Assembly: GCA_964016885.1 (NCBI GenBank)
Contig: OZ024741.1
Location: 207,452,001-207,516,000, forward strand
Source of the DNA: Eledone cirrhosa
Taxonomy: Eukaryota
Reading direction: 5' to 3'
DNA length: 64,000 bases
A model generated the notes under the pieces. That model made no database searches, had not been told where the DNA came from, and was given only the letters and a program-made list of their open reading frames with translations. The first letter of the stretch is position 1; each line of letters opens with the position of its first letter. The position numbers and the translations under genes were made by a program. Shown piece after piece: positions 12,827-58,400 of the stretch.

Positions 12827-13379
12827 TATATATATACATATATATTTTAAACTCCCATAATTCTGTCTCTCTCTCCAAATATAAAATAAACTTGTTGTGA
12901 GCTACACATCTCAGAGTTTGTCGATCCCTTATCTTGGCCGAACGCTCGTTTTTGAGAAATGTAATATATTCACCCTATTTTCTTGTCTCTCCATGTTCCT
13001 AGTCCTTCAAAACAATCTTCTTGTATTTTAAACTTCCATAATTCTGTCAGACCCTCGAAAACAATCTTCTACTTGTATTTAAACTCCTATTACTGTTATA
13101 TGCTTCTTTAATTATGGCTGAATTTCTAGGATTATATTATAAAATAACCTTCTCGAACCTTCTCGCTAACTCCCCCAGATCCATTCCCCGCCCCCACTCG
13201 CCACCATTATTATTTGGTCCAATCATAATTCAGCGGCTTATAATATGTTTCTCTTACAAATCTCTTTCACAAAACCACTGCCTCGGCTATCACTCCTTAA
13301 GTTTAAACCTGGTTGCTTTTCGATATGCTAGATGGACTATGGAATTCTGGAGAGTCTGAAAAATCTGGACACTCAATAA

Positions 13380-16300
13380 CAATGTCAAAGATAAAGAAAA
13401 TTCACCTCATGTTGCCAGACGAGAATGCAAGAACTCCTCTTTATTTCGGCCGTGGATGGCTAACATAACCCCATCTCCCTCACCCCTTCATGCGCCTCAT
13501 CTTTCCCACCCACCAAACGCAATCCAAAATTTCAGAGTTGGTACCATGAATGTAGGCACTTTAAAAGGTCACTCTAACGAGGTTGTAGAGATGCTTGAAT
13601 GTAAGGAAGTTGATGTTTGCTGTATTCAAGAGACCAGGTGGAGGAGTGGGTCTGCTAGATTCATTGTGGGTAAAAAACAATGCTATAAACTTTTCTGGAT
13701 GGGAAATGACAATGGGCTGGGTGGGGTAGGATTCATGCTAACAGAAAAATGGGTAGATATGGTAATAGACGTAAATAGAGTGAACGACAGAATAATTAAA
13801 ATAAGACTTGTCCTAAATAGAACTACTGTGCCAATAATATCCGCGTATGCAGCCCAATCCGGACTGACTGGCATATAAAAGACAGATTCTATGAGACGCT
13901 AATGCTCACTACCTCCCAAATAACTGACAGTGACTACATAATTATTGCTGGCGACCTAAATGGTCATGTTGGACAACATTGTGACGGCTATGACGGAATC
14001 CATGGAGGGTATGGGTTTGGTACTAGAAATGAGGAAGGCTCCAGAATCCTGGAATTCTGTGACGCAAATAACCTAACTATCTGTAACACAAACTTGATCA
14101 CCTATAGATCAGGGGAACACGTCAGATAGATTATATCCTTACCAGAAGACGTAACAGAGTGTCTGTTGTAAACACTAAATACCTCCTCCGTGAAGGATGC
14201 ACCTCCCAACATAGCCTCATAGTCAGGACAAGACGTACTCGACAACAGAGGAGGACTACCCTAAGGAGAAGAATATGGAAGTTAAAGCCAGTAACAAATT
14301 TCAAAGCATATTACTTGATGCTTTTGACAGTAAGGAAGAGCAATTAGAGTCGTACAATATAGAGGAACAGTGGGAATACCTGAAAGTTAACCTGCTGAAG
14401 GCGACGGATGAAATCTGTGACTGGAGCAGACCTATAGGCAGGAGGAGAGTAACTTGGTGGTGGAACAGTAAGGGGGATGAGTCAATCAAGGCCAAAAAGC
14501 AGACCTGGAAAGTATGGCAGGATGGGGGAAGTAGAGAAGACTATCAAGTGGCCAGGAGGGAAGCTAGGAGACAAGTGTACTTTGCAAGAAGGGAAGCAGA
14601 GGAAAGAAAGTTCAAGCATGTTCTACAACGCGAGGACCAAAAACGTGAGGTGTTCATGATTGATAGGCAATGTGTCAAGGAAAACTGTGATGTTGTCGGG
14701 GAGAAGTGTGTCCGTAATGATGATGGTGTACTTGCCATTACTAACGCTGATAAGAAGGTAGCTTGGAAGTGTCACTACGAGAGGCTACTAAATGAGGAGA
14801 ATAAATGGGACAAAAATAGTCTCCCCCACAATAGAAGGACCAGCAGTGCAAGTTGAAGGTAGTATAATAAGTAAGGCAATCAAAGATATGAAGACAGGCA
14901 AGGCAGCTGGGCCTTTCGGAGATAGTTGCTGAAATGCTGAAAGCATCTGGAACAGTGGGACACACTATGGTCACCCGGATAGTAAACTAAGTCATACAGA
15001 ACGGGGTCATACCAAATGACTGGCGTAGCAGCATCATCATTAACGGGTAAAGGAGATGCACTAGATAGAGGAAACTATAGAGGCATTAAATTAATTGACC
15101 AGGTCATGTAGGTCACAGAAAAAGTTATAGAACAACTAATCAGAGAGCAAATTGATCTAGACGAAATGCAGTTTGGGTTTGTGTCAGGTAAAAGTACCAC
15201 AGACGCCCGTTTCCTTGTCCAACAACTACAGGAGAAGTACCTAGCTAAAAGTAAACCCCTATACTTAGCTTTTGTTGACTTAGAGAAAGCATTTGACAGA
15301 GTCCCCCGCGACATTATCTGGTAGGCCCTTAGAAAACTAGGGGTTGATGAATGGCTTGTGAGAGCTATACAAGCCATGTATAAAGAAACAGTCAGCAAGG
15401 TTAGAATTAACAACGAATATAGTGAAGAATTTAGTGTAAAAGTTGGTGTTCATTAGGGCTCTATCCTTAGCCCCCTCCTATTTATTATTGCCCTTCAGGC
15501 TATAACAGAGGAGTTCAAGACTGGCTGACCATGGGAACTATAGCTGAATCCATGGATGAACTAGAGAAGAAATTCCAAACATGGAAGCATGGCCTAGAAT
15601 CAAAAGGCCTTAAAGTTAACTTGTCTAAGACTAAAGTTCTAGTATGTAGGAAGGAAAATAGGGCACAGGTCTCCTCTGGGAATGGCCATGGTCACTGTGT
15701 AGGAAAGGAGTAGGCAGAAATTCCATTTTATATCCCAAATGCAAAGTATGGGTGCATAAAAGATGTAGTGGGATCACAGGTAAGCTATCTAAGAACGTAG
15801 ATTTTATATGTCGCCGATAAGTAGCAAGTGCCCACAGGATACTAGCTCCTTCTATTGCCCAGAGGGTTCTATAGAAATAGTGGACACCTTCCGTTACCTG
15901 GGTGACAAAATCAGCAGTGGTGGTGGGTGCTCAGAAAGTACAGTGGCCAGAGTCAGAACGGGATGGAAAAAGTTCAGTGAGCTTATACTACTATTGGCCA
16001 CTAAAGGTTTCTCTCTAAAAATGAAAAGCAGACTGTATGATGCCTGCATACGAACAGCTATGTTACATGGCAGTGAGACCTGGGCATTGTGTGCAGAGGA
16101 TCTGCACAGACTGGAGAGGAACAAAGCATGCATGCTCCGCTGGATGTGTAATAGTAATATATGTGAACAGCAAAGCATAAATGAACTAAGTGATAAATTA
16201 GGTGTAAGAAGGATCAGATGCTGTTTACTCGAGAGAAGACCATGTTGGTATGGTTACGTGATGCGCATGAAAGACGACAGCTGTATAAAAAAGTGCAGGG

Positions 16301-16795
16301 CAATCAAAATTGAAGGAAGTTATGGAGTAGGCAGACCCAGAAAAACGTGGGACGATTTGATAAATTCCGATCTTACACACCTACACCTCTCTAAGACAAT
16401 GTCACTGGACCGAGATCTTTGACACTACGCAGTAATACAGAAGACCCTCCTTGCCTAAGTGCAAAGCGAAACCTACAGTCAGTAGGCACCTCTTAATCGA
16501 AAATAAATTACCCCCCCCCCCCTCCTCCTCCCACTACCCCAACTCCCACACCCCCATCAACACCACCTCTTTCTCTGTAAAGTTATGTTGGTACCACAAC
16601 ATCCAGTCCTAAATAAATGAGGTCGTGTAGGTGTCACGATAAAAAAAACACACAGTCTGCGCTGTAATGTGGCCGGGTAGGTAGCACGGTAAAAACCTCC
16701 CAGTCCACACTGTAAATGTGGTTGGTGTTAGGAAGGGCATCCAAACGTAGAAAACCCGCCAGACAGTCCCATATGAGGGAGACGACCAATCTTGC
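13380..16795 (+). mobile_element. RTE LINE subfamily A, near full length, inactivated
   Basis: APE endonuclease (GTMNVGTL, IQETRW, ISAYA, AGDLNGHVG), RT (NYRGIKLI, FVDLEKAFDRVP), C-terminal region and 3' UTR; many stops and frameshifts. Confidence 0.92.
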
Positions 16796-16905
16796 CTCCA
16801 TCTCTCACTTTAAGATTGGTTACTCTTGAACCGTGTATATATATATATATATATATATCAATGATATTAATAAATGGAAACTATATTTATAAAACCATAT
16901 TTATT

Positions 16906-16958
16906 CTATTATATATATTTCAAGGGTACCAAAACTTTGGTATGCTCTCATCAGATAA
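16906..16958 (-). ncRNA. Type I hammerhead ribozyme
   Basis: CTGATGA-GAGCATACCAAAGTTTTGGTACCCTT-GAAA-TATAT-ATA with TTAT/ATAG stem I. Confidence 0.78.
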
Positions 16959-17079
16959 AATACAGAGTTTGTTTTATAAATATTGACATATCCAGGAATG
17001 AGACCTTAATGGTTGAAGTTTTACCTGGATAAGGTCTCATTCCTGGATATGTCAATATTTATTAAACTAGCTCTGTATT

Positions 17080-17132
17080 TTATCTGATGAGTGCTTACCA
17101 AAGTTTTGGTACCCTTGAAATATATATAATAG
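17080..17132 (+). ncRNA. Type I hammerhead ribozyme
   Basis: TTAT-CTGATGA-GTGCTTACCAAAGTTTTGGTACCCTT-GAAA-TATAT-ATA-ATAG; base of stem II is weakened. Confidence 0.72.
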
Positions 17133-17295
17133 AATAAATATGGTTTTATAAATATAGTTTCCATTTATTAATATCATTGATATTATACTCCAGAAAATCT
17201 GTCGAGTGCTTCGAATCTTTTATAAATATATATATTTGTTGAATTACCAACAAATTAAATATCCCTTTGCTTATATATATATGTATATATATATA

Positions 17296-17690
17296 TCACC
17301 ATCATCATCACCGTTTTACATCCGTTCTTCCACGCTAACATGGGTTTAAACGGGTTGTCCTGTTGTGGGCAGTGTCAGGTTGGTTTACCTTGTCTTGTTC
17401 ATACGGGAACTGATTCTGGCTTGATTTCTACAGCTGGATGCCCTTCCTAACACCAACCTCATTTACAGTGAGTGCTGGGTGCTTTTTTTCCGTGGTGCCT
17501 ACACGTCCACTTTGCAGTGGAATGATAGGGACCCCAGTCCTATCATCTCATTTTTACAGCTGAGTAAACTGAAGCAATTTGAAATAAAGTGTCTTGCTCA
17601 AGGAAACAACACATCACCTGGTCTGAGAATTGAACTCATAACCCTTCGATTGCAAGGCCAATGCTCTAACCACTAAGCCATGCACCTTCA
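17296..17690 (-). mobile_element. tRNA-derived SINE family 2 with RTE-type tail
   Basis: reverse complement of 26663-26998 head and core; tail resembles the RTE-A 3' end. Confidence 0.85.
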
Positions 17691-17693
17691 TTT

Positions 17694-17725
<32 letters not shown>

Positions 17726-17761
17726 TATATATATATATACACATACACATATACACACACA

Positions 17762-18640
17762 CACGGTGAGGATGATATTTGTTTGCAATTTTCAACTGCT
17801 AATTATATGGAAATTTTTTTTTGCTTCCGTTGTCGCTCTTCTCTTCATAAAAACAGTGGCTATGTTTCCATTATTTATTTTAAGAATAATTGATTATGAA
17901 TAATTTTGAACCTCCAGATTTGTGGAAGAGACACGGAGTTCTTCTTGGAATCCGCGCCTTCTTGGAATCTTTCTCAGCATCAGCAGGAGAATGGTGCCTC
18001 ATCCAAAGACGTGCCCAGAGTCATGCAGACAAAGTTTCCAGCAACAACCTTGGCCTTAGGTGTCGGCAGCAGTCAAGGTGACGTCATACCACCTCACTTC
18101 TTCCCTGAGGGCCTCAAGTTGAACACCAATGGCTACATCCGCGTTCTGAGCGAGGCCTACCTGCAGCGACCTGGATCGACCAGGTAGCTGCAGGTAGGCC
18201 GTACGTGTGGCAGCAAGACTCAGCGCTCTGCCATACCAGCCGAGAGACCCAATCTTGGCTGTCAGAGAACTTCGTCGACCACACTTCACCTGGCATCTGG
18301 CCTCCCAGCTCGCCTGACTGCAACCCTCTCGACTTCTTTGTGTAGGGCGCAGTGGAACGAGACACCAACAGATCTAGCTGCAATACGAAAGACGATCTGA
18401 AGGCCAGGATCACAAGTGCCTTTAGGGGCCTAAGTCGGGGGACAGTGACAAAGGCTTGTAGCCGGTTCCGAGGCCGCCTTGAGGCCGTCAACAAAGCCAG
18501 TTGCGGATTTATTGAGTGAGATCGAAAGAACAAGTCATGAAGACAAACTGCCCCAAGTTTGATAAATATATCTTAAAAAATAAAACTACTGTGTTATTTT
18601 TTCCTAGACAGTAATCTTGCAAACAAATATTGTCCGAACC

Positions 18641-18643
<3 letters not shown>
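17762..18643 (+). mobile_element. Tc1/mariner DD37D (maT-type) DNA transposon, internally deleted
   Basis: WQQD-(37 aa)-D: WQQDSALCHTS...IWPPSSPDCNPLDFFV*; imperfect TIRs CACGGTGAGGATGATATTTGTTTGCAA and TTGCAAACAAATATTGTCCGAACCCTG; TA at the right end. Confidence 0.85.
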
Positions 18644-18669
<26 letters not shown>

Positions 18670-18675
<6 letters not shown>

Positions 18676-19762
18676 GGAAAGGAGTAGGTAGAAACTCCAT
18701 TTTATGTCCCAAATGCAAAGTATGGGTGCATAAAAGATGTAGTGGGATCACAGGTAAGCTAACTAAGAATATAGATTTTATATGTGGCCGGTGCTCTGGT
18801 GCAATAAGTAGCAGCAAGTGCCCACAGAATACTAGCTCATTCCATTGCACAGATGGTTCTATAGAAATAGTGGATACCTCCCGTTATTTGGGTGACAAAA
18901 TCAGCAGTGGTGGAGGGTGCTCTGAAAGTACAGTAGCTAGAGTCAGAACTGGATGGAAAAAGTTCAGAGAGCTTATACCACTATTAGCCGCTAAAGGGTT
19001 CTCTCTAAACATGAAAGGCAGGCTGTATGATGCCTGCATACGAACAGCAATGTTACATGGCAGTGAGACTTGGGCATTGTGTGCAGAGGATATACGCAGA
19101 CTAGAGAGGAACGAAGCTTGCATGCTCCGCTGGATGTGTAATAGTAATATACGTGAACGGCAAAGCATAAACGAACTAAGGGAAAAATTAGAAATAAGAG
19201 GGATCAGATGTTGTTTACTCGAGAGAAGACTACGTTGGTATGGTCACATGATGCACATGAAAGACGACAGCTGTATAAAAAAGTGCAGGGCAATAAAAAT
19301 AGACGGTACCACGGAGTAGGCAGACCCAGAAAAACCTGGGACGACTTGATAAATTCCGACCTCACACACTTACACCTCTCCAAGACAATGTCACTGGACT
19401 GAGATCTTTGGCGCAACACAGTAATACAGAAAACCCGCCTTACCTAAGTACAAAGTGAAACCTACTACAGTCAGTAGGCACCTCTAACAAAAATACACCC
19501 CCGTCCTACTACCACCACCCCATCCACACCACCCCTTTCAATGTAAAGTTATGTTGGTACCACAACATCCAGTTCGAAACAAATTTAGGTCGTGTAGGTG
19601 TCACAACAAAAAAACACACAGTCCACGCTGTAATGTGGCCGTGTAGGTAACACGGTAAAAACCTCCCAGTCCACACTGTAAACGTGGTTGGTGTTAGGAA
19701 AGGCATCCAGCTGTAGAAAACCTGCCAGACAGTCCTATGCGAGCAAGACAACCACTCTTGCA
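18670..19762 (+). mobile_element. RTE LINE subfamily A, 5'-truncated, tail missing
   Basis: highly similar to 2620-3720 and 22330-23375. Confidence 0.9.
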
Positions 19763-19770
19763 AACTGCAT

Positions 19771-20222
19771 ATGAAAGGCCGGTTATATGATGCCTGTGTG
19801 AGGAGCGCAATGCTGCATGGTAGTGAGACTTGGGCAGCAACTGCAGAGGATATGAGACGGCTGGAGAGAAATGAGGCAAGCATGCTCCGTTGGTTGTGCA
19901 ATGTCAATGTGTTGAGAGAGAAACTGTGTCTGAGAGGGATGGAATGTAGTGTGCGAGAGAGGAGACTACAATGGTATGGAGATGTGATGCCCATGGAGGA
20001 TGACCGATGGGTGAAGAAGTGCCAGGAAATGCCAGTTGAAGCAAGATGTGGTAGAGGTAGACCACGAAAAACAAGGGCGGAGGTGGTGAGAACAGAATTC
20101 AGTTCGCTAAAGCTCACGGTGGAGATGACGAAGGACCGTGACAAGTGGAGAGATGCTGTGCTGAATAAAACCCGTCCCACCCTTGCAAGCATGGAAAAGC
20201 GGACGTAAAATGATGATGATGA

Positions 20223-20226
<4 letters not shown>
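19771..20226 (+). mobile_element. RTE LINE subfamily B 3' fragment abutting RTE-A
   Basis: KGRLYDACVRSAMLHGSETW...EKRT* followed by (ATG)n. Confidence 0.9.
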
Positions 20227-20285
<59 letters not shown>

Positions 20286-20333
20286 ATAACAAATCCAAAG
20301 ACAGTCTTCAGTGACATAAATACTACTACTAAT

Positions 20334-20520
20334 AATAGTTTCTACTTTAGGCACAAGGCCAGCAATTACTAAGTACATTACTGGTACTTTATTTTATCGA
20401 CCCTGTGAGGATGAAAGGCAAAGTTAACCGCGGCGGGATTTGAACTCAAACCATAAAGGGCCGTAACTCTGTGCTGCAAAGCATGGCATCCGACCCTCTA
20501 CCGATACTGCCAATTCACCT
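20334..20520 (-). mobile_element. SINE family 1, full length
   Basis: reverse complement of 1883-2070. Confidence 0.88.
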
Positions 20521-20619
20521 ACTAATAATAATATCTTTGTCATTATAAGTCTTGTTTGAATGACAACATATATTTAACTTCTGTCAACTCCATGGTTATA
20601 TAAATTATTCTATCCATAG

Positions 20620-53602
<32,983 letters not shown>

Positions 53603-53779
53603 TTTGCTCCATTTGGTCTCCCTGCTCCAAGCACCTAATTTAGTTTTTCCTACTTACCCTCTCATATTCTTGTCTATATCTCCTTTATTAGATTTATCTC
53701 ACTGTGTTAGCAAACTGCTATTGCTAACAAATATGATAGTTACTTTTTGTTACTAGCACAACAGAACAGTCACTATCTC

Positions 53780-54010
53780 AGTTGTTAGCATATTATAGTA
53801 GATAATGCTGTCACTAATGACAGCACTTCCATAGCTGTCACTGTTACTAATGTAAATACTGTCACAAACACAGCTGTAACTATTATTGTTGCTTATGTCA
53901 ATGCTACCATGAACACAGCTGTAGCTATGATTGTTGCTAATGACAATGCTATCATGAACACAGCTGTGGTTATGGTTGTTGCTAATGATAACACTGTCAT
54001 AACTCATTGT
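53780..54010. repeat. Degenerate 42-bp tandem repeat in the 3' UTR
   Basis: AACACAGCTGT...TTGTTGCTAATGACAATGCTA.CATG repeated at 42-nt spacing. Confidence 0.75.
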
Positions 54011-54496
54011 TTCTAATGGCAACACTACAGTATACAAAATATGGTAAATTCCTTAGAGAGCAGGACAGCTACTTAGGAGCAATCAAGGCAATCCACACAT
54101 CCAAAATTACCTCAGTTACCAAAGGGGTGTAAGAGTCCTCTCCTAGCTGTATTACTCAGCTGACAGATACATAAACATGACACATTTACAATAAAAGATA
54201 TCTGTGCCTTGTAAAGAAATAGTAAAGAATTAATATATATATATGTTACCATAAATAGGCAGTGCTTGGGGCAGGAATCTTGACCTTTGGAGCATAGAAT
54301 TAACTCCCTTTTTTTGCTGTGGGGTTTGGTCAACAGGGTGAAGAAAATTGCTACAACATCTCTATATTTCTGAGTGTATATGTGGTACATGTGTATGTAT
54401 ATGTAACTGTTTTATGTGTTTTTCTTAATGATGTAAGTGTATTTGTTATTCAGTGTGCATGTTTGGTGTTGTTATTGATATTCTTTCCTCTTCTAT

Positions 54497-54581
54497 CTCT
54501 TGTTTCTGATGACGTTTTGTCTCCTTAACCCAATCACCTGGGTGGATCAAATCTGATGTATATATATATATAACACAAGAG
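54497..54581 (+). promoter_or_regulatory. Candidate SECIS element (form 2) in the TrxR 3' UTR
   Basis: ATGA (54509-54512), helix II, unpaired AA, CCCA/TGGG ministem, TGAT (54554-54557); outer helix CTCTTGT/ACAAGAG. Confidence 0.78.
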
Positions 54582-54689
54582 GGGTTCTGTTGACCAACCA
54601 GTGACTAGTTTGTGATTGTTGTTATTGTTGTAGTTTATATCCTGGGGATATTTTTTTTTTGTTTTAGAATGTATTTATTTTCATGTCAT

Positions 54690-55155
54690 ATTTATTGAAA
54701 ATGTTTATATATTTATCTATCAAGGACATTGTCATAAAATATGTGTATATCTTTAGATATAATATGGTGTGGTGTCAAGGAAATATTGTAAAATGTATGT
54801 ATATATATTCAGATATAACATGATAGAGTTCCAAGGATAGTATTGTGAAATAGGTGTATATTTTTGGAGATAATGTGATATAGTTTCCAGGACAATATTG
54901 TGAAATGTGTGCATATATTATCAGACATAGTACACTGTTGTTTCAAGGACAATGTTGTGGAATGTGTATATATTATCCACTATTTGATATGGTATCTAGG
55001 GCAATATTGTCAAATCTTCAGATGCAACATTATATGGTTTCAAATATGATATTGTGAAATGTGTGTATATTATCTGATTTATAAGAAGGTACCTGGAATG
55101 TATGTTATTAGATATAATATATGGTATGAAGGACTACTGTGAAATGTGTGTGTAA
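54690..55155. repeat. Degenerate approx. 57-bp tandem repeat in the 3' UTR
   Basis: CAAGGACAATATTGTGAAATGTGTATATAT..AGATAT repeated about 8 times. Confidence 0.75.
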
Positions 55156-55161
55156 CATCAA

Positions 55162-55171
55162 ATTAAATAAA
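55162..55171 (+). terminator. Possible polyadenylation signal of the TrxR mRNA
   Basis: overlapping ATTAAA/AATAAA downstream of the SECIS, followed by T-rich sequence; weak evidence in AT-rich DNA. Confidence 0.35.
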
Positions 55172-55429
55172 ATTTCTGAAAATTACAATTGTTATTTTTT
55201 TTAAATGACAGTTATTTTCCTAATCACTGTTTGTCAACATAAAAATCATGATAATTTTTATTAAGGGCAAAGGTTTAGAGATGGTGGAACAATGAAGAGA
55301 ACACTTTGAAGTATTTAGTTGCATAACTTTACAAATTGTAGGAGTTGGTGTAATAATGTACCACCTTCAGCATTTGGTAATCAGAAGAAAGAAGGTAAGT
55401 GTAAAAGCCAAACTTACTCTCTTCAATTC

Positions 55430-58400
55430 AGTTTTTGTGTCAACCCTTACCTATGGTAACGAATCTTGGGTAATGAGTGAAAGAATACAAAAAAAAAAAA
55501 CCTGAAAAAACTCTGGGAAACTAAATCAGAACAACCTGCCATCCCCTGCACATAATCATAGACTGAAATCAAGGTACAAATTGTTGTCCTTAAATGCACG
55601 TAGTCTATGCAATAAGATACATCTTTTTGACTCCTACATCAAAAGTATCGAACCTGACTTCATTACAGTCATGGAAACATGGGCACATTCCTTACTCTGT
55701 GATGGGGTTTTCAGCATTAATTGTGGTGGTGGTGGTGTAATGGTCTACGTTTGTTCAAACTTTTCAGTAATTCCTTGCGTTGATTTGAACCAATCGCAGC
55801 AAGAAGTATTTTTCTGCGATATACGTATGACCATGTCAACACTGCTACCTGGAGTCGTTTACTGTCCCCAAATTACCATCAGGACACTCAACTTTGTGAT
55901 ATCCTCAGAGCTGCAGCCAGGAAAATAGCCACTTATGTTTTTATTGCAGGGGACTTCAATCACCCCGAGATTGAGTGGGAAACCTTTTGTTGGCCGCAAA
56001 GTGCAAATGATTTCCTTGAGTTAGTGCTGGACTCGAACTGGTCCCAAGTAGTCACCTCCCCAACAAGAAGTGACAACACTTTAGATCTACTCTTCACCAC
56101 TACTCCTGTTACTATTGAAGAACCTTTAAGTGACTCTGATCTTGCTATGATCATTGCCAATCTGTCCCTCAAGGGCAGTAACAAAAATCACAACTATCTC
56201 CAAACTGCTCACTTTGACTGGAATAAAGCAGACGAACTGTTACTGCACCGAGCTGCAACATTCAAACTGGCTTGAATTTTACGACTCTGGAGATGTCAAC
56301 AATGTACTCCAGAACATCATGAACTCAATATGGACAGCATGTGCAGCATCAGTGCCACATACGCAGAAAAAAACATTAAAAAAGTGCAACTTGCCAGGAA
56401 AGAACGTTATAATGCTGAACGTGATTACAAACTGCATAAATCAGATATCAATAGGAAAAAGCGAATTAAATTATCCAACCATCTCAAGCGGGTGACAAAA
56501 AAGGCAGTGCTTGAATTTGAACAGCGCATAGCAACCAGCCCTGACTGTAAGGTGTTCTGGAAGTATGTACATTCATTACAGAGGCCTCGCTCTCCAGTTG
56601 GTCCAGTTCGCAATCCCCACACAAGCCAGATTTCTGACGACCCCAAGGAATGTCAGAACTCATTGCTGAATGCTATGCAGGCATTTTCACTGTTGAAGAC
56701 CAAAGTGTACCATCTCCACCACCTCTGACATCGGATTCTATTACAACTATGGAATTTACACCTGCAATGTTGCGACGTCACCTTAAAAATAAACACAATT
56801 ATGCTTCTTCTGATCTTGATGGTGTTACGTACCAGCTTCTCAAACATGGTGGGTACTTCCTTCTGCACCAACTATCACTCTTCTTTCAATTCTGTCTGAA
56901 CAACGGTGCTACTCCGGAGCAGTGGAAAACTGCCACTGTTATTCCTCTGTTCAAAAAGGGTGACTGTACATCACCTGTCAACTATCGTCCAGTCAGTCTT
57001 ACTAGCTGCATTGCCAAACTGATGGAATCCTGTGTCAGAGAAACACTTTGGAACTTCTGGAACTCTCACAGTCTTATCCGGCCCTCGCAATTTGGATTTA
57101 TCCCTAACTCCACCTGCTGTGATCAACTTATCAAGTTTCTTGAAGACATCACCTGGATCACTGATGGCAGCTCATGGGTGGATCTTGTTTACGTTGACTT
57201 TGCTAAAGCTTTCAATTCTGCACCACACAAAAGACATATGGCAAAACTCTCTGCAATGGGTGTGAAGGATGATTTTTTTAACTGGTTGAAATCCTTCATT
57301 CTCAGTCGAAGAGAGGTAGTCATGGTTCTAGGAGAGCATTCCTCACCATATGAGATGTCATCTGGTGTACCACAGGGATCTGTTCTTGGTCCCCTTTTGT
57401 TTGTGGCATATATTAATGACATAGATGCCAACTTAAAGAATACCACAGTACGCAGACGACATCAAGTTGTACCTTGAGATAAAAAGGACAGATCTGAACA
57501 CTATAGATCTTTCCTGCAATCAGACCTGGACACAATGCAACAATGGATCATGGACTGGCAACTCAAGTTGGCTGTGGACAAGTGTACCACCATGCATTTT
57601 GGGAGTAAAAACCCAGCATCCACTTACTCTCTCCACAACACTAATATCAAGAAGTCTTCTTGTGAATGTGAGCTGGGCATCACTGTCGGCAGCGATTTGT
57701 GTTGGACAAAGCACGTCTCTAAAATTGTCAAGAAGGCCAAGGGTGTCTTAGCATCACTCAGTCAGCAAGACCTTTGTCAGCCGCTCTCCAGCTATCTATT
57801 TAAAGCTCTATATAGCTATGGTACAGCCACACTTAAAATTTGCATCACCAGTCTGGAACCCCTATCTTGCTCAGAACATTGACCGCCTGGAAACTGCTCA
57901 GAGACGTGCAACCAAGCGAATACCCTCCATCAGGCATCTACTATACTCTGAACGCCTTGCTTTCCTGGGCATGGATACATTGAAGCTCCGACATCTGGCA
58001 ACTGACTTGGTAAACACCCACAAAATTATTAACCATCTTGCTAACAACAATCCTGACCCTGAGCACCCTTTTGATTTCCATGTGTCTTGGCATACCTATA
58101 AAGTCACTTGGGCATACCTATAAAGTCAGAAAACAGCACAGCTCCCTTGACTTTTGGAAACATTTTTTCACGCTCAGAGTTGCTGAAGCATGGAACAAAC
58201 TACCTGCATCAGTTGTTAGCTGTCAAGATACTGCATCCTTTAAAACCTCCATGTTTTCTGAAATTCACCAACACTACACCTGATGTCCCCCTCCATACAC
58301 ACGCACACATGTATTTCATGACTCGTACACTGTTCATTTTCCTAGCATTTGTACATTATTCTGTGTACTATACATGCACATTTGATGAGTTGTAGTGCAC

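Larger units (their letters stand above)
16857..17272. mobile_element. Fold-back Penelope-like element copy 2 (arms about 16857-17008 and 17030-17183, about 21-nt spacer, plus 3' tail)
   Basis: near-perfect palindrome with about 150-bp arms, homologous to the arms of copy 1; flanked by (TA)n. Confidence 0.8.

Noticed and set aside
16985-17035. SECIS-like hairpin in the Penelope-derived arm (ATGA...AA)
   Set aside because: On the antisense strand relative to the element ORF, ATGA is not conserved in other copies, and helix II is too short
54170-54230. Alternative SECIS at ATGACACATTTACAATAAAAG
   Set aside because: No correctly placed 3' GA for the kink-turn and a weaker overall fold than 54497-54581
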